A DNA stretch of 60,392 bases, filler included, from Sphacelaria rigidula (taxonomy: Eukaryota), in the NCBI GenBank assembly GCA_964200075.2. It is 8 parts of 8 records of this genome, joined end to end, with 100 filler letters (N's around TTAATTAATTAA, not from the genome) between each part and the next. Parts side by side here need not be neighbours in the genome. Positions count along the whole stretch, not along the records: positions 7,564 to 15,025 come from CAXNAA020014816.1; positions 15,126 to 22,587 come from CAXNAA020014817.1; positions 22,688 to 30,149 come from CAXNAA020014818.1; 5 more parts are not named here. One strand, given 5' to 3'. This document shows, one piece after another, positions 12,801-25,028 of this stretch (position 1 is the first letter of the stretch; every line of letters starts with the position of its first letter). The position numbers and the translations under genes are program-made. The notes under the pieces are model-generated. The model ran no database searches. It saw nothing but the letters and a program-made list of their open reading frames with translations, and was not told where the DNA came from.

Positions 12801-13660
12801 CCCGTCGCATGCAATGTGTTAATCTTATGTGAGGAATAGTGTGTCCGAGGAGTTCCCGGCACTAATGCCATCGATGTTTCCAGATGCTTTAGCACACCGC
12901 GAAGTGCCTTATTCCTCTGTGGATGCGATGTGGAGTGCGTTTGTACATCAAGAGAATAACTTGACTCCGGCCATTCGCGGCGAGAAGTATTCCCCTGTGG
13001 ATTTTCAGTATGCATCTGTGTACCCCTCGACCCCTTCAGGGTCCCGTAGCCGGTCTCACACTTGGCCTCGTTCATCATGGGTGCCCGCCTCAGTCGCCGG
13101 CTCGGTCATGAAGGTTGCAAACAAGAAAGATCCGTTTTGCGCCAGTTGTGATGGCTAGCCCTACTCCGCTGAGACTTGGGATGATGTTAATACTGTATTT
13201 ACCTCAGCATTTACAACAGAGGATCCACATTTGTGGAATCCACTTCCCTGGCCTGCTGCTAGGCAAAATGCCTTCAGCCGCCACACGAATATTTGCATCA
13301 TCTGTGACACCCAAGGTCACAGTATGCGCGATTGTACTCGTCCTTCTATCAACGCCTTCGACCTCATAAACCCTGATTTGCAGGATAATAAACCAGCGTG
13401 GCGCCGATGTCAAAAACGCATGCGTGATTACCGCACCCCCAACCTTAATTCTCGTCATTCTTCCAACCATCGGGATAACAATCGCTGACATCGCGACCGT
13501 GGCCCGAACAACTATGACAACTCTGGTTCTCGGCGAAAAGAGGGCTCTTCCGTCTATCACCAGAATTCCGCTGGTAGACACCAGCGCACGGGGCCGAATC
13601 ACAATCGCTCAATCCCCAACACCAGAAACCCTGGTTCATTTATGACTGATCGTACTGACC
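9824..13660 (+). pseudogene. gag: Disrupted long gag ORF
   Basis: Pro/Ala-rich N-terminus, coiled-coil-like stretch, LTIGQLV..EIFDALR block, SDWVDGW/VPFADY.QEFKLL/MWSAFVHQ block, zinc knuckle, Arg/Asn-rich tail. Confidence 0.8.
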
Positions 13661-13691
13661 ATGGCGTGCCGACGCCGGCGTTTTCACGTCT

Positions 13692-14870
13692 TTGGCGCCG
13701 CCGGAAGTACACACGAAGACTATTTCAACACCACCCGCGGAACGAGTGACACAACGTTCTCGATCAGTTTCCCCGGCACCATGTAGGAGTACTAATGAAG
13801 ACCGCTCGTATCGACCCCCGTCTTTACCTCTTCGCACACAACGTAACAGTTGCGCTAACTCATCACTTAGCTCGACGATCGGCTCTGCACTTGGTCCTCC
13901 AGAACTGAGTGTAAACCTGAGGTATGGGAACATCAACCGCCCGTCCCTGAGGCGAAGACTTCCCTCAGCGACCGCACGCATAGGCAGTAGTGTACTTCAC
14001 TCGACTGGTACAAGTGGGCTGGTCTGAATTTGGCCACTTCGGATCAAGTAACACCCACCCAGCTCGAACGAGTTGATTCTTTGCGTTCATTGCACCACGC
14101 GAAGCTACCCCTCAATGGTGCCCACAAAAACCGTCCTAAATTACATTCGGATATGACTCCTCAGTCAAGCTTGCCAACGGAAAGTCCACAAGCTTCGCCC
14201 GAGCATGCCCCGATGCTGACCCCATCCACCCAACTGGACGCAGTTGAGGTTTTCTCAGACACTTTAGAAGCTCCCCGCCCCTTGTCACGGCGAGAAAAAA
14301 ATGCCTGTGAACATGCCCCCACGGGAGCGCGCGCATCAACACGTACACCTCCCTCGAGCGAAACATCTCGACCTCTTTCTCTCCTAAATGCGATGACTTT
14401 GAGCTCGATGAATTTGTCAGGCATCGCAGAAGAATCCAAACCAGGTAGTTCTGATGTTTCAGCCTCTTCTATGGATGACCCTAGCATCGAGCAGTATTGA
14501 TTCACTTTTGACCTTGATCCCTGTCTTCCCAACACCGTCATCTATGAAATTGCCATTGACCAGCCGAGCTGTGCTAACCCTGGGGATCACATACCATCCA
14601 CCATACTTTCTGGTGAGAAATCTGACCCCCCGGCGGATCACCCGCCGTCCGTTTTCGCCGTCAGCACTGCTGATCCCGATCAATTTACCTCGGCTGATGA
14701 TGGTCCAGATCTTGTTGGAGGTAAAGTGTCTGTTGATCCTGCCACGTTTACTACTCGCGTAGCGACCCATTGTGGGCCTTACGCCACCATGCCTGCCAAA
14801 TGTGCCTCTTTGTTAGATAGTGGCAGCCCACAAACATTCATCCGTGAATCACTGTAGGAACACATGAAAC
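13692..14870 (+). pseudogene. pol: pol N-terminal extension and start of aspartic protease, truncated by a TIR element
   Basis: Homologous to ORF 49152-50753. Has a 1-nt deletion near 14016. Ends shortly after LLDSGS. Confidence 0.8.
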
Positions 14871-14876
14871 GGAATG

Positions 14877-14955
14877 AACGTGGGATTTTTCAAATCGGGG
14901 ATAGATCTTTTATTGGGGATGAGAAACACGGAGAATTATAATCTTCGTATGACAC
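14877..14955 (+). mobile_element. Diverged left TIR of the 43036-43474 MITE family
   Basis: GGGATTTTTCAAATCGGGGATAGATCTTTTATTGGGGATGAGAAACACGGAGAATT matches 43039-43093. A right-TIR-like remnant lies at 7564-7605. Confidence 0.8.
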
Positions 14956-15025
14956 TTTCTACGATACCCCCCCCCCAAAACCAGCTAAAAGTGTCACGAA
15001 AAAAATGGCCATACAGCGCCTGATG

Positions 15026-15125
15026 NNNNNNNNNNNNNNNNNNNNNNNNNNNNNNNNNNNNNNNNNNNNTTAATTAATTAANNNNNNNNNNNNNNNNNNN
15101 NNNNNNNNNNNNNNNNNNNNNNNNN
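15026..15125. other. Artificial scaffold linker
   Basis: Same N44-TTAATTAATTAA-N44 structure. Confidence 0.98.
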
Positions 15126-15871
15126 AACCAAATACACCCGCACCGCAAGTGTGAAAGCATGTCCGACACACTTATGACCCTCTTTTTTCGTCCAACCAAA
15201 TCCCCCCCCCCCTATCGTAGGATGACTCCGGAAGGAGCGACATGTTTTTTTCCACAACTCGAAGGTAACAGTCAACATCCGGTGGAGCGAATACAGAAAC
15301 ATACTGTTATAAAATTTTGTTGTTTCTTGACTCTAACGCAACAAGGAGTCATTTTTTACTACTATGTTCGCAGTTAGGCCAAAACAAATATCGGCCAACC
15401 AAAGTGTTTGCATTTTTCATCTCACCATGCTCCGCACCATTTTAGAGCTCAACTCCGGAACAGAGGGAGTATAGGGGCCTGCAACCTGCACATCCGCCCG
15501 AACAAATGCTGGCCAACCTTGTACGTATTCTAATCCTACGGTACAAACTAACGTCAAGTTTCTGACTTTTACTTTCACATCTGTGACTTCAAACTTGGCA
15601 TGGAGGACCAGGAAGGTACTCGGAAAAAAAAAAGAAGTGGGCCTTCGTTTTTTTTTGTCAGGAGGTTAGGGCTTTATAGTGAAAAAATGGTCTTTACCAT
15701 ACTAACACGCCTTCAACCGGTGAAAAAATGAATACAAAAATCTGGTCCACTGAGTTTTGTTGATTATGCCCTGGCGAGGGCCTACACAAGTTTTCAATAC
15801 ACGAAAACCAAACGTGGGCCGGTGAGTGGCCTGAAATACTGTTCCGAATTTCTCCCGATCCAATTCTTAAT

Positions 15872-16148
15872 AGGCGGATGCGCCGGCCAATATTTATTTG
15901 GAGTTAGACCCTGAAAATTGGTATGGATAATGCATGGGGCATAATAAAAAGTCGTGAAGAAGCACATTGAGGGGGGGGGGGTTTCCGTGAGTTAAGGGCA
16001 ATAATCAGTTCCAGGTTTCAGCAAAACGCCCTTATCTCACGAAAAAAAAAAACTGAATGTGCTTCTTCACGATTTTTTATTATGCCCCATGCATTATCCA
16101 TACCAAATTTCTGGGTCTAACTCCAAATATTGGCCGGCGCATTCGCCT
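15872..16148. mobile_element. Foldback/MITE with ~95-bp TIRs
   Basis: 15872-15968 is the near-perfect reverse complement of 16056-16148. A further inner pair is CGTGAGTTAAGGGC / GCCCTTATCTCACG. No TSD seen. Confidence 0.85.
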
Positions 16149-16569
16149 GCAAGCTTTCATGCAGCCTCTAGGCTAGCCCAGCTCGTACAACTGGGTGATC
16201 ATATCCAGTATGAAAACACTGCGTTTGGTCATTGCGCATTTGGGAGCCATGCAATATTGCACGGGACTGTGCTGTCATGGAATCCGTCATGACAGAATGG
16301 TCAACGCTAGCGTACCCACACCACAAGCGAGAACCCATGCTGGTCGACGAGGATTTTGTGAAGTGGTGATGGTGCACTGGCTGAGTGAAAGAAAATATAT
16401 TGCCGCGATTTGTGGTTGAAGGTTGCTGGGGCCCGACTGTGGAGCTGTGGTCGACAATGGGGTTTCAAGTAGACGTGTTATCAAAATGTCAAGAGGGTGA
16501 CGGCGAAGTGTTACAAGCGGTCACACACTTAGAGGTATGTGGAAACGCGGGGTGTTGTGCGTTTCCCAA

Positions 16570-19500
16570 CCACCGTCAGGTGGTACGTTTGGCATCGGAG
16601 TCGTGGGTCCCATTCTGGCGGGCTGTGTTCAGGGCAGTAGATGTGTTTTGGGGGGGGCTAGGAGTACTCGGGTGTTGAGTCTGGTTTGGCGGTTAAAAGG
16701 CGCCAGAATGGGCGGAGGGTACCTGGGAGAGGGCCGCGTTAGCGGGCTGAGCGTGATAATAGGAATGTTGGTATTGAGGGGGGGCGCGAGTGTCACCATT
16801 ATAGTGGCGATTGCCGCGCCGGGGGCGTTGGTATGAATTGCGGGCGCCGCTGGGTTGAGGGCGATGGTAAGACCCCATACGTGCTTGCCAAGTCGGCCAA
16901 AAGTGCGCAAACGGGGGCTCGGAGAACATGGGGTTGAGTACGCCAAATGCGTTTGTGAACGGGGCTTCATATTGGCGCTTCGAGTGCGTTGGAACTTGAC
17001 CATCTGCGGAGTACCCCGTTTGAGGGTTGAACCAAGTGCCACAGTTCAATCAGTGATCTTTGCAGCGGCGAATTACATCTGATCGAAGGTTAGGGTCTCC
17101 GTTACTGGCCCAGGGGGGGGGGGTCTGTTGTGTTCATCGAAGTGCTTACCTGAAACACTTCCCGCCAAATTTCCGTCGTGAAGGTCCAGCTTGGAAAACG
17201 ACTGCTGAATGCGTCTGGGGTGTGTGCGAACATGACCTCCCCAGTAGAGGCCATGGACGCAGGAATCCATGGGCGTTGATTTGTTTTGGAAGGTGGTGGT
17301 TGGGAGTGAGACGCAGGGGGGGCGGTAACCGGGTGAGGCAAAAGGGTGGCGGAAGCATTGTGGCTGTTCCGTACAGAGGGGCCGTTGTGAATTGCGGAGG
17401 AGCCACTCTGTTTTGAATCCGTCACATCTAATGCCGGAGTGCGGTTGGACCGGAGCTCACAAAATTTCGTCCACATAGCGTCCAAGGTTGGAAACGGGAC
17501 CGGTGAAGTAGCTGCGGGACCGACAAAAACGGCTGGCATGAGGCTAGGGTATTGGTGTCCCATATTGGAACGGAAAAGACTCATCACCATTTCTCGTGAT
17601 GGGACAGGTTCGCTGCCACCGTTTACCGTAACCGAAATCAAAGTGCAAAATTCCTTGAGGTAGTGGTCAAAAGGGGTGTCGACGGGTACCTTAAACGATA
17701 GTAGGCGTTCGAGTGACTCGCCTTCGTGGGTGGTGTCCAGGGATGAACTGATGAGTCTGAGAAGGAGGGTGAAAGCGGCGTAACCGCCATTCCCGAGGGG
17801 TGAGGGAGCGTACGGCTTGTGCCAAGTGGTGATTGAGCATGTTAGACAATTTCGATGCCTCGGGAGAGCTGAAATCGATGGAATCCTCCAAAGCCTTCTG
17901 TAAAGGTCGAAGCCAGCCATCTACCCAATCACTGGTCTCAAGGTCGACGAATGTATCGTCGCAGTGTGAGAGGATATCAGTAACTACAGTAGTGAGCGAT
18001 TGTCATAACTGGCTGCAGGAAAGGCTTACATCAGATCCCGCAGGAAAGGGTAGTGAAGGCTTGACTTTGCCTACAAATTTCGGGTCCAAGTTCTTGTACT
18101 GGTGGCGTACAGCCTGAATGTGTGCCTGTCGGTCCATGGAACAGGGGGAAGGGTCACTGGATTGAGGGGTGGGAACCGCAGGGGAAAACTGTACGCGGCG
18201 GGTAGCAGGTTTGGTGTCTTCCTTCGCTTGCTTGACTTTGATCTAAGAGTGACGCTGTTTGGCGACAGTGGATGATAGTGGAAGGATATCGCTCACAGTG
18301 GGGGGCGCCGGACGTAAAGCGGCCGCACTCGTGTCATTATGGGACCCGTCAGTGCTGTCCGACTCACTATCGAATAAAGGGCGACGATGACGGCGAGATC
18401 GTGACTGCTGCGAAATGTGAGATTTACCACTATCCTTGAGGCGGTTTTTCCCTTTCCCTTGAACATTCCAACTGCCGCCACTGTCCGTTGAATTGTGCCC
18501 TACGTGACCTGTGTGAAGGTGAATAGTGGTAGTAGGGTATAAACGGTCCGTACCATCAGCAGGGCCGTGTACTGTCATGCGTACCTGCTCAATTTCTGTG
18601 AATAGCCCGATGAGGGGCCCGACGCACTCATGCCGTAGCGCGAGGCTAATTTCGGAACGAGGGTTGGAACGTATGCATTGAACGATGCCTGCTAACGTTA
18701 CGGTCTCGGTGTGTTTCGGAAACCAATTGAGGATCTTGATCGAACTGTCAGTGACGGGAACAGTGAGGCGCTGTGCCTGACACGCGTAGGTAAGGAGGGT
18801 GTCAGGGTCGTGGACAAAATCGTAGAGGGGAACAGCTGCCACAGTTTCTACACCGGAAAGATCAAGACCGTCGGAACGAGTAGCCTAAGGAACCAGCGTT
18901 GGGTGAGTGGGTTTAGTGGAGAGTGATTTGTCCGCTGTGGAGCCAAATGTAGGGGGCGTTTTGCCGCGGTGAACTTTGGGGGGCACACCAAACATGGTTG
19001 AAACGCCGGGTGCGATCGTCTCAAGTGGCATGGGAGGTAGTCCCGTGGCTAGGGGGACGACAGTCGGAGTGGCATTGGAAAGTGCAGGTGAACCAGTGGA
19101 TAAGTGATCAGAATCGGAATCAAGGTCGATGGGATCACGGGTGAGCAGACGTAACTGTTTCATCTGCTCGTCCAGTGAAGATTGAATGACGGAAATGCGA
19201 TAGGTGGATTGTTCCGCCGTCGCATTGTGCTGTTGTAAAGCTTGTTCATGTTGGGCTTTAGCCGCCTCCAAAGTCTTGGCGGTTTGCCGGAGGAGGCGGG
19301 CTTCTTTGTTCTGCCCCTCCGCCAAGGCTTTGCGTTTGGCTTCGACCTCACGACGGACGCGCTGGATTTCTTGAGCGTGCTCGAAAGCTTCACGGTTCTC
19401 ACGTTCTACTTGCGCTTGTACGGTCTGGGCCAACAAGTCGTCCCAGTACGCGGCTTGTTCCTCGCAGGAAACTTTGTCCCACACATGGGCTGGAATAGCA

Positions 19501-19930
19501 GCGGGACGGCTATGTTTGAACTGGGTCTAGCTTTGTCGCGTGCTTTCTTGGGTAGGCGCGTAGACGGGTTTTTTCCCGACTCACGACCACTCGTCGAGGC
19601 TACGATATCAGAAGCGTAGGGCTCAGCAGGGGAATGATCACGAACCGAATGGTCACCACTAGCAGTAGAGTCGACGTGCTTAGTGTCACTGGTAAGAGTT
19701 TGAGCGGTGGCAGCATGCAGTAGGAAATCAAGTCCCGGCTGTACGTCGGGCACCATAGAGAGGGGAATTCCTCCCGACTGAGACTGGGCATCATCATCAT
19801 CCTCTACACTTTCAATGACTGGATCATGCAAGACTGTGTCCGACGCAAGCAGTGGTTCACCGGATTCGGGAGAGGATGTGCCTTCTTCATCGGCCCGTAG
19901 CTCTAGCGAAGCCGGGGAATCAGACATTGC
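16570..19930 (-). pseudogene. gag: Disrupted long gag of a more distant member of the same Gypsy lineage
   Basis: ETSDWVDGW, TPFDHYLKEF, QYPSLMP, LDAMW..F...TPA and NAFGVLNP..W..WQARM align in order with the gags of scaffolds 2 and 7. Coiled-coil-like ORF at 18885-19484. PBS-like CA-GT-TGG on the minus strand near 20860. Confidence 0.8.
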
Positions 19931-20890
19931 TTGTGTACCTGCGCGGGTGCGCGTCACAGTCAGTGAAGAAAGAAGGAGGGTGATGTGTGACCGGAGTGTT
20001 GCATTGGAAATGGAAGAGGAAAATAATCTGCTGTAGGAGCCTGTGGGCGTGGTGGGGGTTGGCCAGACCCCCATGAAAGACAGGGAGGGGCGATCTAAGA
20101 AGGTACGAGAGAGAGGGTGTGGACGAGTTGTCCATACCGGAGTCCACCAAATGTACTGGATGGACACAGGACCTTGGGAAGAGGGTGGTACTGTAGTGTT
20201 ATCACGGATGTTTGGTTCACATACATAAAACAGGGTGGGGTCGGATGATGTTCAGTCAACACCCAGGTTGGGCACAAAACAAATGTGCTGCACGGTGAGC
20301 ATATTTTGAGACAGCAAGAGACGGTCAACATTAGCTACTGAAGAATAAAAGGCCGAAGGTACATGCGGCGGGGTGGGTGTAGCGAAAGGATGCACGCTGA
20401 TACAGTGCCGGTGGTGGTAAAAAAGAGTTGGTAGCTGATAATGTATGGGCAGCTCATGTGGAAAAAAATGTAATGGGGCAGGAGAGTCACGATATAGATT
20501 GGACTCTACATGGTGACTCGCATCCGCTACAGAGTAGATGGGTATCACTACTGGGGCGGTTGCCACAGAGAAGCAGCTGGGACGAGCAGGTGAGGATGGT
20601 GGGGGGGCAAGTGCTATTGCTCGCGTACGTTCGCGTTGGAGTCGGCGCAGGGTGCGAGCGTCTAGTGTATTAGAGGCCCTTGAACTCATGTCGCCAGGGA
20701 TAGATGACAGAGCAACAGCTACAGACGGCTAGACGATGGGCAAACAAAAAAGATGCGCATGCAAAGCACACAGTGGTGGTGTAGTAGACACGGCAGCTCG
20801 GCAGTCCGAACACAACGCAACTCCAAAAACAAAGTACAGCAAAGGCAGTGCGGGAGCTCCAACTGTGATGTGATAAGGGTGAAGCACCTT

Positions 20891-21174
20891 CACGGGTGGC
20901 CACTGGAGTCTGTAACCTGGCCATTTTGGGACCTTATCCACCTTTGGTGGGTTGGGTAGACAACTGAAGAGAATTCGCACAGCATGGACAGGTTCGAAAC
21001 AAAGCATGTTCCAGTCTACAGGGGAGTCACCCGCCTATAGACTGGGACATGTTTTGTTTCGTTCCTGTCCATGCTGTGCAAATGCTCCTCAGTTGTCTAC
21101 CCAACCCGCGGACCTTGCCAAAGGTGGATAAGGTCCCAAAACGGCCAGGTTACAGACCCCAGTGGCCACCCGTG
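20891..21174. mobile_element. Almost fully palindromic MITE with CACGGG termini
   Basis: Arms of ~130-140 bp: CACGGGTGGCCACTGG... / ...CCAGTGGCCACCCGTG. TT on both flanks. Confidence 0.9.
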
Positions 21175-22587
21175 TTGAGAGGGTGTAATGGTGATCACCA
21201 CGATTGTTCCAGGTTCAGACCTCAGCGTACGTTGTTTGTTTACTCAGCTCAGCAGCGCGGGCTGACCACAGTCGATCTCAGGTATTTCACACAAAAAGAC
21301 AATAATCAATTGCAGACGAGAGTAGCATCGTTTTTGTTTCACGCAATTGATTGTATCCGAGCTTCATCTACAGCTTCAGCTACAGAACACAAATACAACA
21401 CAAACCGAAACAGGCCTAAGCCTTAATCAATAAAACACACCAGACAAAACAGCAGCCCGACTACTGCTCTTATCTCTGTGACTCACTTTCTCGCGATTTA
21501 TAGATACTCCAATGGGGAACTGTTGAATCGCAGCCAAAAACCGGGAATGAAAAGAGAGTGACGGTCTTAGGGGCTGTTTTCAGCTTCAAACGTGTTTCGC
21601 CGCCCCCTAATCATCATCAACAGACGTCATACAATAAAATCCAAGAGCCGGGCTCCTCAACTCATGCCATGGTTGGGTCACTACCTTTTTTTGTCGAATT
21701 CAAATACATGCTCTCCGTAGACGTCAACTCAAGGGGGAGCCAATTCTCCGCTATTTGAATATGAGAAAGTCCACCATTCAATGTCACCTTTGCCCAAGAT
21801 CATGGCTACGTCCTGCAGTCACATCATATCACACTAGCCTCCAATGGGTAAAGCAATCGCAGGAGAACGCAGTGAAACGAGGTTGCTTTACCCACACATT
21901 CCATTCCCCCACATCACAGAAAAAGCAAAACAAGATACCACAATAAAAAGAAAATGTGAGACACGTTAAGGGGGGAGTGCTGTGACGGGGACTTAGGGGG
22001 CGACACGATATATTGAAAAAAAGAAAAAACGAAGGGTGTGAAAAACCCAAGAATCGACAACCCTCGAAAAACAGCGCCGGAAGCTACGAAATATCCGGGA
22101 ATCCAGGACAAATCCGCCATAAAAAAGCTGAAGCAGCGAAAAAACAAGCCGGTAGTCCATCCGCTACAAAACCTTGATATAAAGCTTGACTGCTATCATG
22201 CGAAGGGGAAATCATGTCTCAATAGAGGTCCAGTTCCGTTGTGAGAGTTTTTTTAAGCAGCCCGCCAAGGCGTTTCACAGTACCGGGGAAGCACAAACGA
22301 TCGTACACTTCTTTCATCAGTAGAACCCAACGGTGTTGAATGCTCAAGCGGGAAAAGAAAATCGCTGAGCGGAAGACACCGGAAACCAAAATCAACATGC
22401 AGCCGTGAGGCAACATGATGCACCAACGTGACGATGAAGGGCGGCCCATCGAATTGAAAAGGTGCCTGTATCGTCCCACAAAGCGTCAACGAATAACACA
22501 CAACCGTAGGAGACAAATCCAAGGCGGGTAATCCGATGCGTTCGTGGTGGAGTCCTCCTACGATAGGGGGAGGGGGGTATTTTGGGC

Positions 22588-22687
22588 NNNNNNNNNNNNN
22601 NNNNNNNNNNNNNNNNNNNNNNNNNNNNNNNTTAATTAATTAANNNNNNNNNNNNNNNNNNNNNNNNNNNNNNNNNNNNNNNNNNNN
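22588..22687. other. Artificial scaffold linker
   Basis: Same N44-TTAATTAATTAA-N44 structure. Confidence 0.98.
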
Positions 22688-24493
22688 GTGAGGAAAGCAC
22701 TGTTTTAGGCTTGAACCTCATCTCAAAGTTAAACCTCAGTTCGCACAATTTGTTGTTAACTCCAGGTTTTCACGCGCGCGTTCCACATCATATTTGCGCG
22801 CACAGCTCCTGCAGCACAGTAAGTAGGGCGTGAAAGGGAAGGGGAAAAGTACAGTACAGACGGCGCAGGACAATGTATGTGTATGTTCTCTACTTACAGT
22901 ACGACGTGAAAAGGACTTGAACAACGTATATCGTACGCGGCCTGTATGTTGCACTATGTTATATCGCGGTGCGTCCGCAGCATGCATATTATGATGGTGA
23001 GTGTGTATATGTTCCTCGCACCCGCGCCTATATATACGCACCCCGCGTATGTCGTCGCCGCGCGATGTCGCGACCATGAAAGAAAGTGCTCAAGTTTCCA
23101 TCAACGAGAAGTACATCATATCCACCCGCACGGCAGTTTGTATGTGTCTATATTCCTGTGCCCAACACGTGCTCTTTGTTGCGGGGTTGTGGTGGTATAG
23201 CCGGGCGGAATAATACTGTTGTGCGGACGGATGCGTTCATTGATGTTCGATTTGTGTGCGGTGATATATATATGGAGTATAGATATATGTTTGAGTTATG
23301 ATGGTCTACATATACTATTAATATATACGATTGATTAAGTGATATTTTCTAAACATGGTTCATGTCGGTAGACGATGCAATACGGGGTTTGGGGGAAAAT
23401 GTGCATAGATAGACGAGGTATACCCGACCATCCAGCATCTTTCCACGCCTTCCAAGGGGTTTCAGACGAAACACAGGTGTGGGCATACACACGTATCCAA
23501 CGTGTCTACTCAGCGAAAGCTGTTGAGAGCTTTCATCCTTCAGCCCATGTACATGCGAACTGGGGGGCAAAAGGATGAATACCTTTCAGCCACTTTTTGT
23601 GCGTGTCGGATCCCATGCGCTGGTGACGATGCAGTATGCGGGGTTTGCCCAGCAGCTGACGCTGCTCGCAATAATTTTTTTTCCTCCAATCTCTGGATGA
23701 GCTGGAGGGAAAAGTAAGTATTTATTTGGAGCTTCTTCCGCAGTTCAAATTCCGAATCTGCCAGTGTGCATGGGATTTGCGCAGCAGAAGCTGTTCGAAA
23801 TAGATCCTTTTTTCGCCCATTTAGAGAGGGGCGATTTCTTTAATTCTGAAATGGGCGAAAAAAGAATCGATTTTGAGCAGCTTCTTCTGCTGTTCGAAAT
23901 AACTCCTTTTTTTTGCCGAAATAAATTGGGAAAAAAGAATCTGTTTTGAATAGCTTGTCCTACTGTCCAAAATAATTTCCTTTTCGCTCGATTCAAATCG
24001 GGTGAAGAGGAATTTACCTCGGACAGGAGGACAAGCTATTTATTGAAAATATATAAATGTACAGATTTCGTACCAAAATATTTGGAAATAAAAATAAACG
24101 TCAGGGTTTTTCACCAAAACACTACCAGGACTGTGCAGGGCTTCGCCGACGTGCCTACACAGGGCTGCAAATCCAACCTTGGGGAAAACCCTATCAAAAC
24201 GCTACGAGGGGTACAGATTTAGCTTTTCACTGTCAGGTTTTTTTTCACAAAGACTGTGGAGGACCCTGCACGGACCCTGCACAGCGCGCCCCACAGGGTG
24301 CTATCTGTCCACGAGTGGGAGATGTGGCCGGTACTTTGATATTGGAAAAAAACATCGAGGATGTTGTAGATTGCACACCGTGAACAAAGTTGCGCAGTGG
24401 TGTACGGTGGTTCACCGCGGTTGGCGATTGCTGGGTGAAACAGACCTCGACGCAACCCACTCGGGGTTTCTTTGCCCGGACCCAACAACATTG

Positions 24494-25028
24494 CACGGTT
24501 AGGACGACTAAATTCGTGATTTTAAGTCATAGAATTATTCCTATGACTAAATTACACTATTCGCACATCATTTGTATTTTGTGCAGCTTCTCAGCTCGTG
24601 CGTCGTGCAGTATAACCCAAACGGTACCCGCTTCCTACCTTCCATAAATATCGGGGTAAATATTGGGCACATAGTCAACCCTACACTGCAAATTTGAATG
24701 CATCGATTGTACATGCCACGCGCCTCTTACCATCATGAGTCGGGAACGTCATGTACAACCTGCTTGACTAAGTCGTGCGAGGTGAGTGCCCGTACATTTT
24801 TCCCACCTTCGGGATAATGCGGGACCAACAAGTTGCACGGGGTGAATCTTCACTTCCGATGGGCCCTGAACCAGGCGTAATTTTCTCAAAGCTGTTGTGC
24901 GCGCAAGATGACTGCGCTGTATTTGTGTTATCCACCCTCGATTCAGCGGGACCAACAAGTCATACGGGATGACTGCTTTCACATCATGAGGGGTCGATTC
25001 GTATACACTCTGATCCGTCGTAACCGTG
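24494..25028. mobile_element. TIR element with CACGG termini
   Basis: CACGGTTAGGACG ... CGTCGTAACCGTG (12/13 match). Internal GCGGGACCAACAAGT occurs twice. The same left end occurs at 34452. Confidence 0.65.

Larger units (their letters stand above)
8175..14870 (+). mobile_element. Degenerate Ty3/Gypsy LTR retrotransposon, 5' half (leader, long gag, start of pol)
   Basis: Collinear homology to 45373-50280. CCHC knuckle CIICDTQGHSMRDC at 13294-13335. Protease motif LLDSGSPQTFIRE from 14810. PBS-like ...ATCA-AG-TGG at 8169-8177. Many stops and frameshifts. Confidence 0.9.

Noticed and set aside
17749-17792. Second CTGATGA...GAAA motif
   Set aside because: It lies antisense within gag coding sequence, has no stem II and no NUH site.
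21184-21511. Possible LTR (TGTAAT...AATAAA...CCA) next to the scaffold-3 element
   Set aside because: No second copy or TSD in the window and the orientation is ambiguous. The LTR start upstream of 8175 is likewise undefined.
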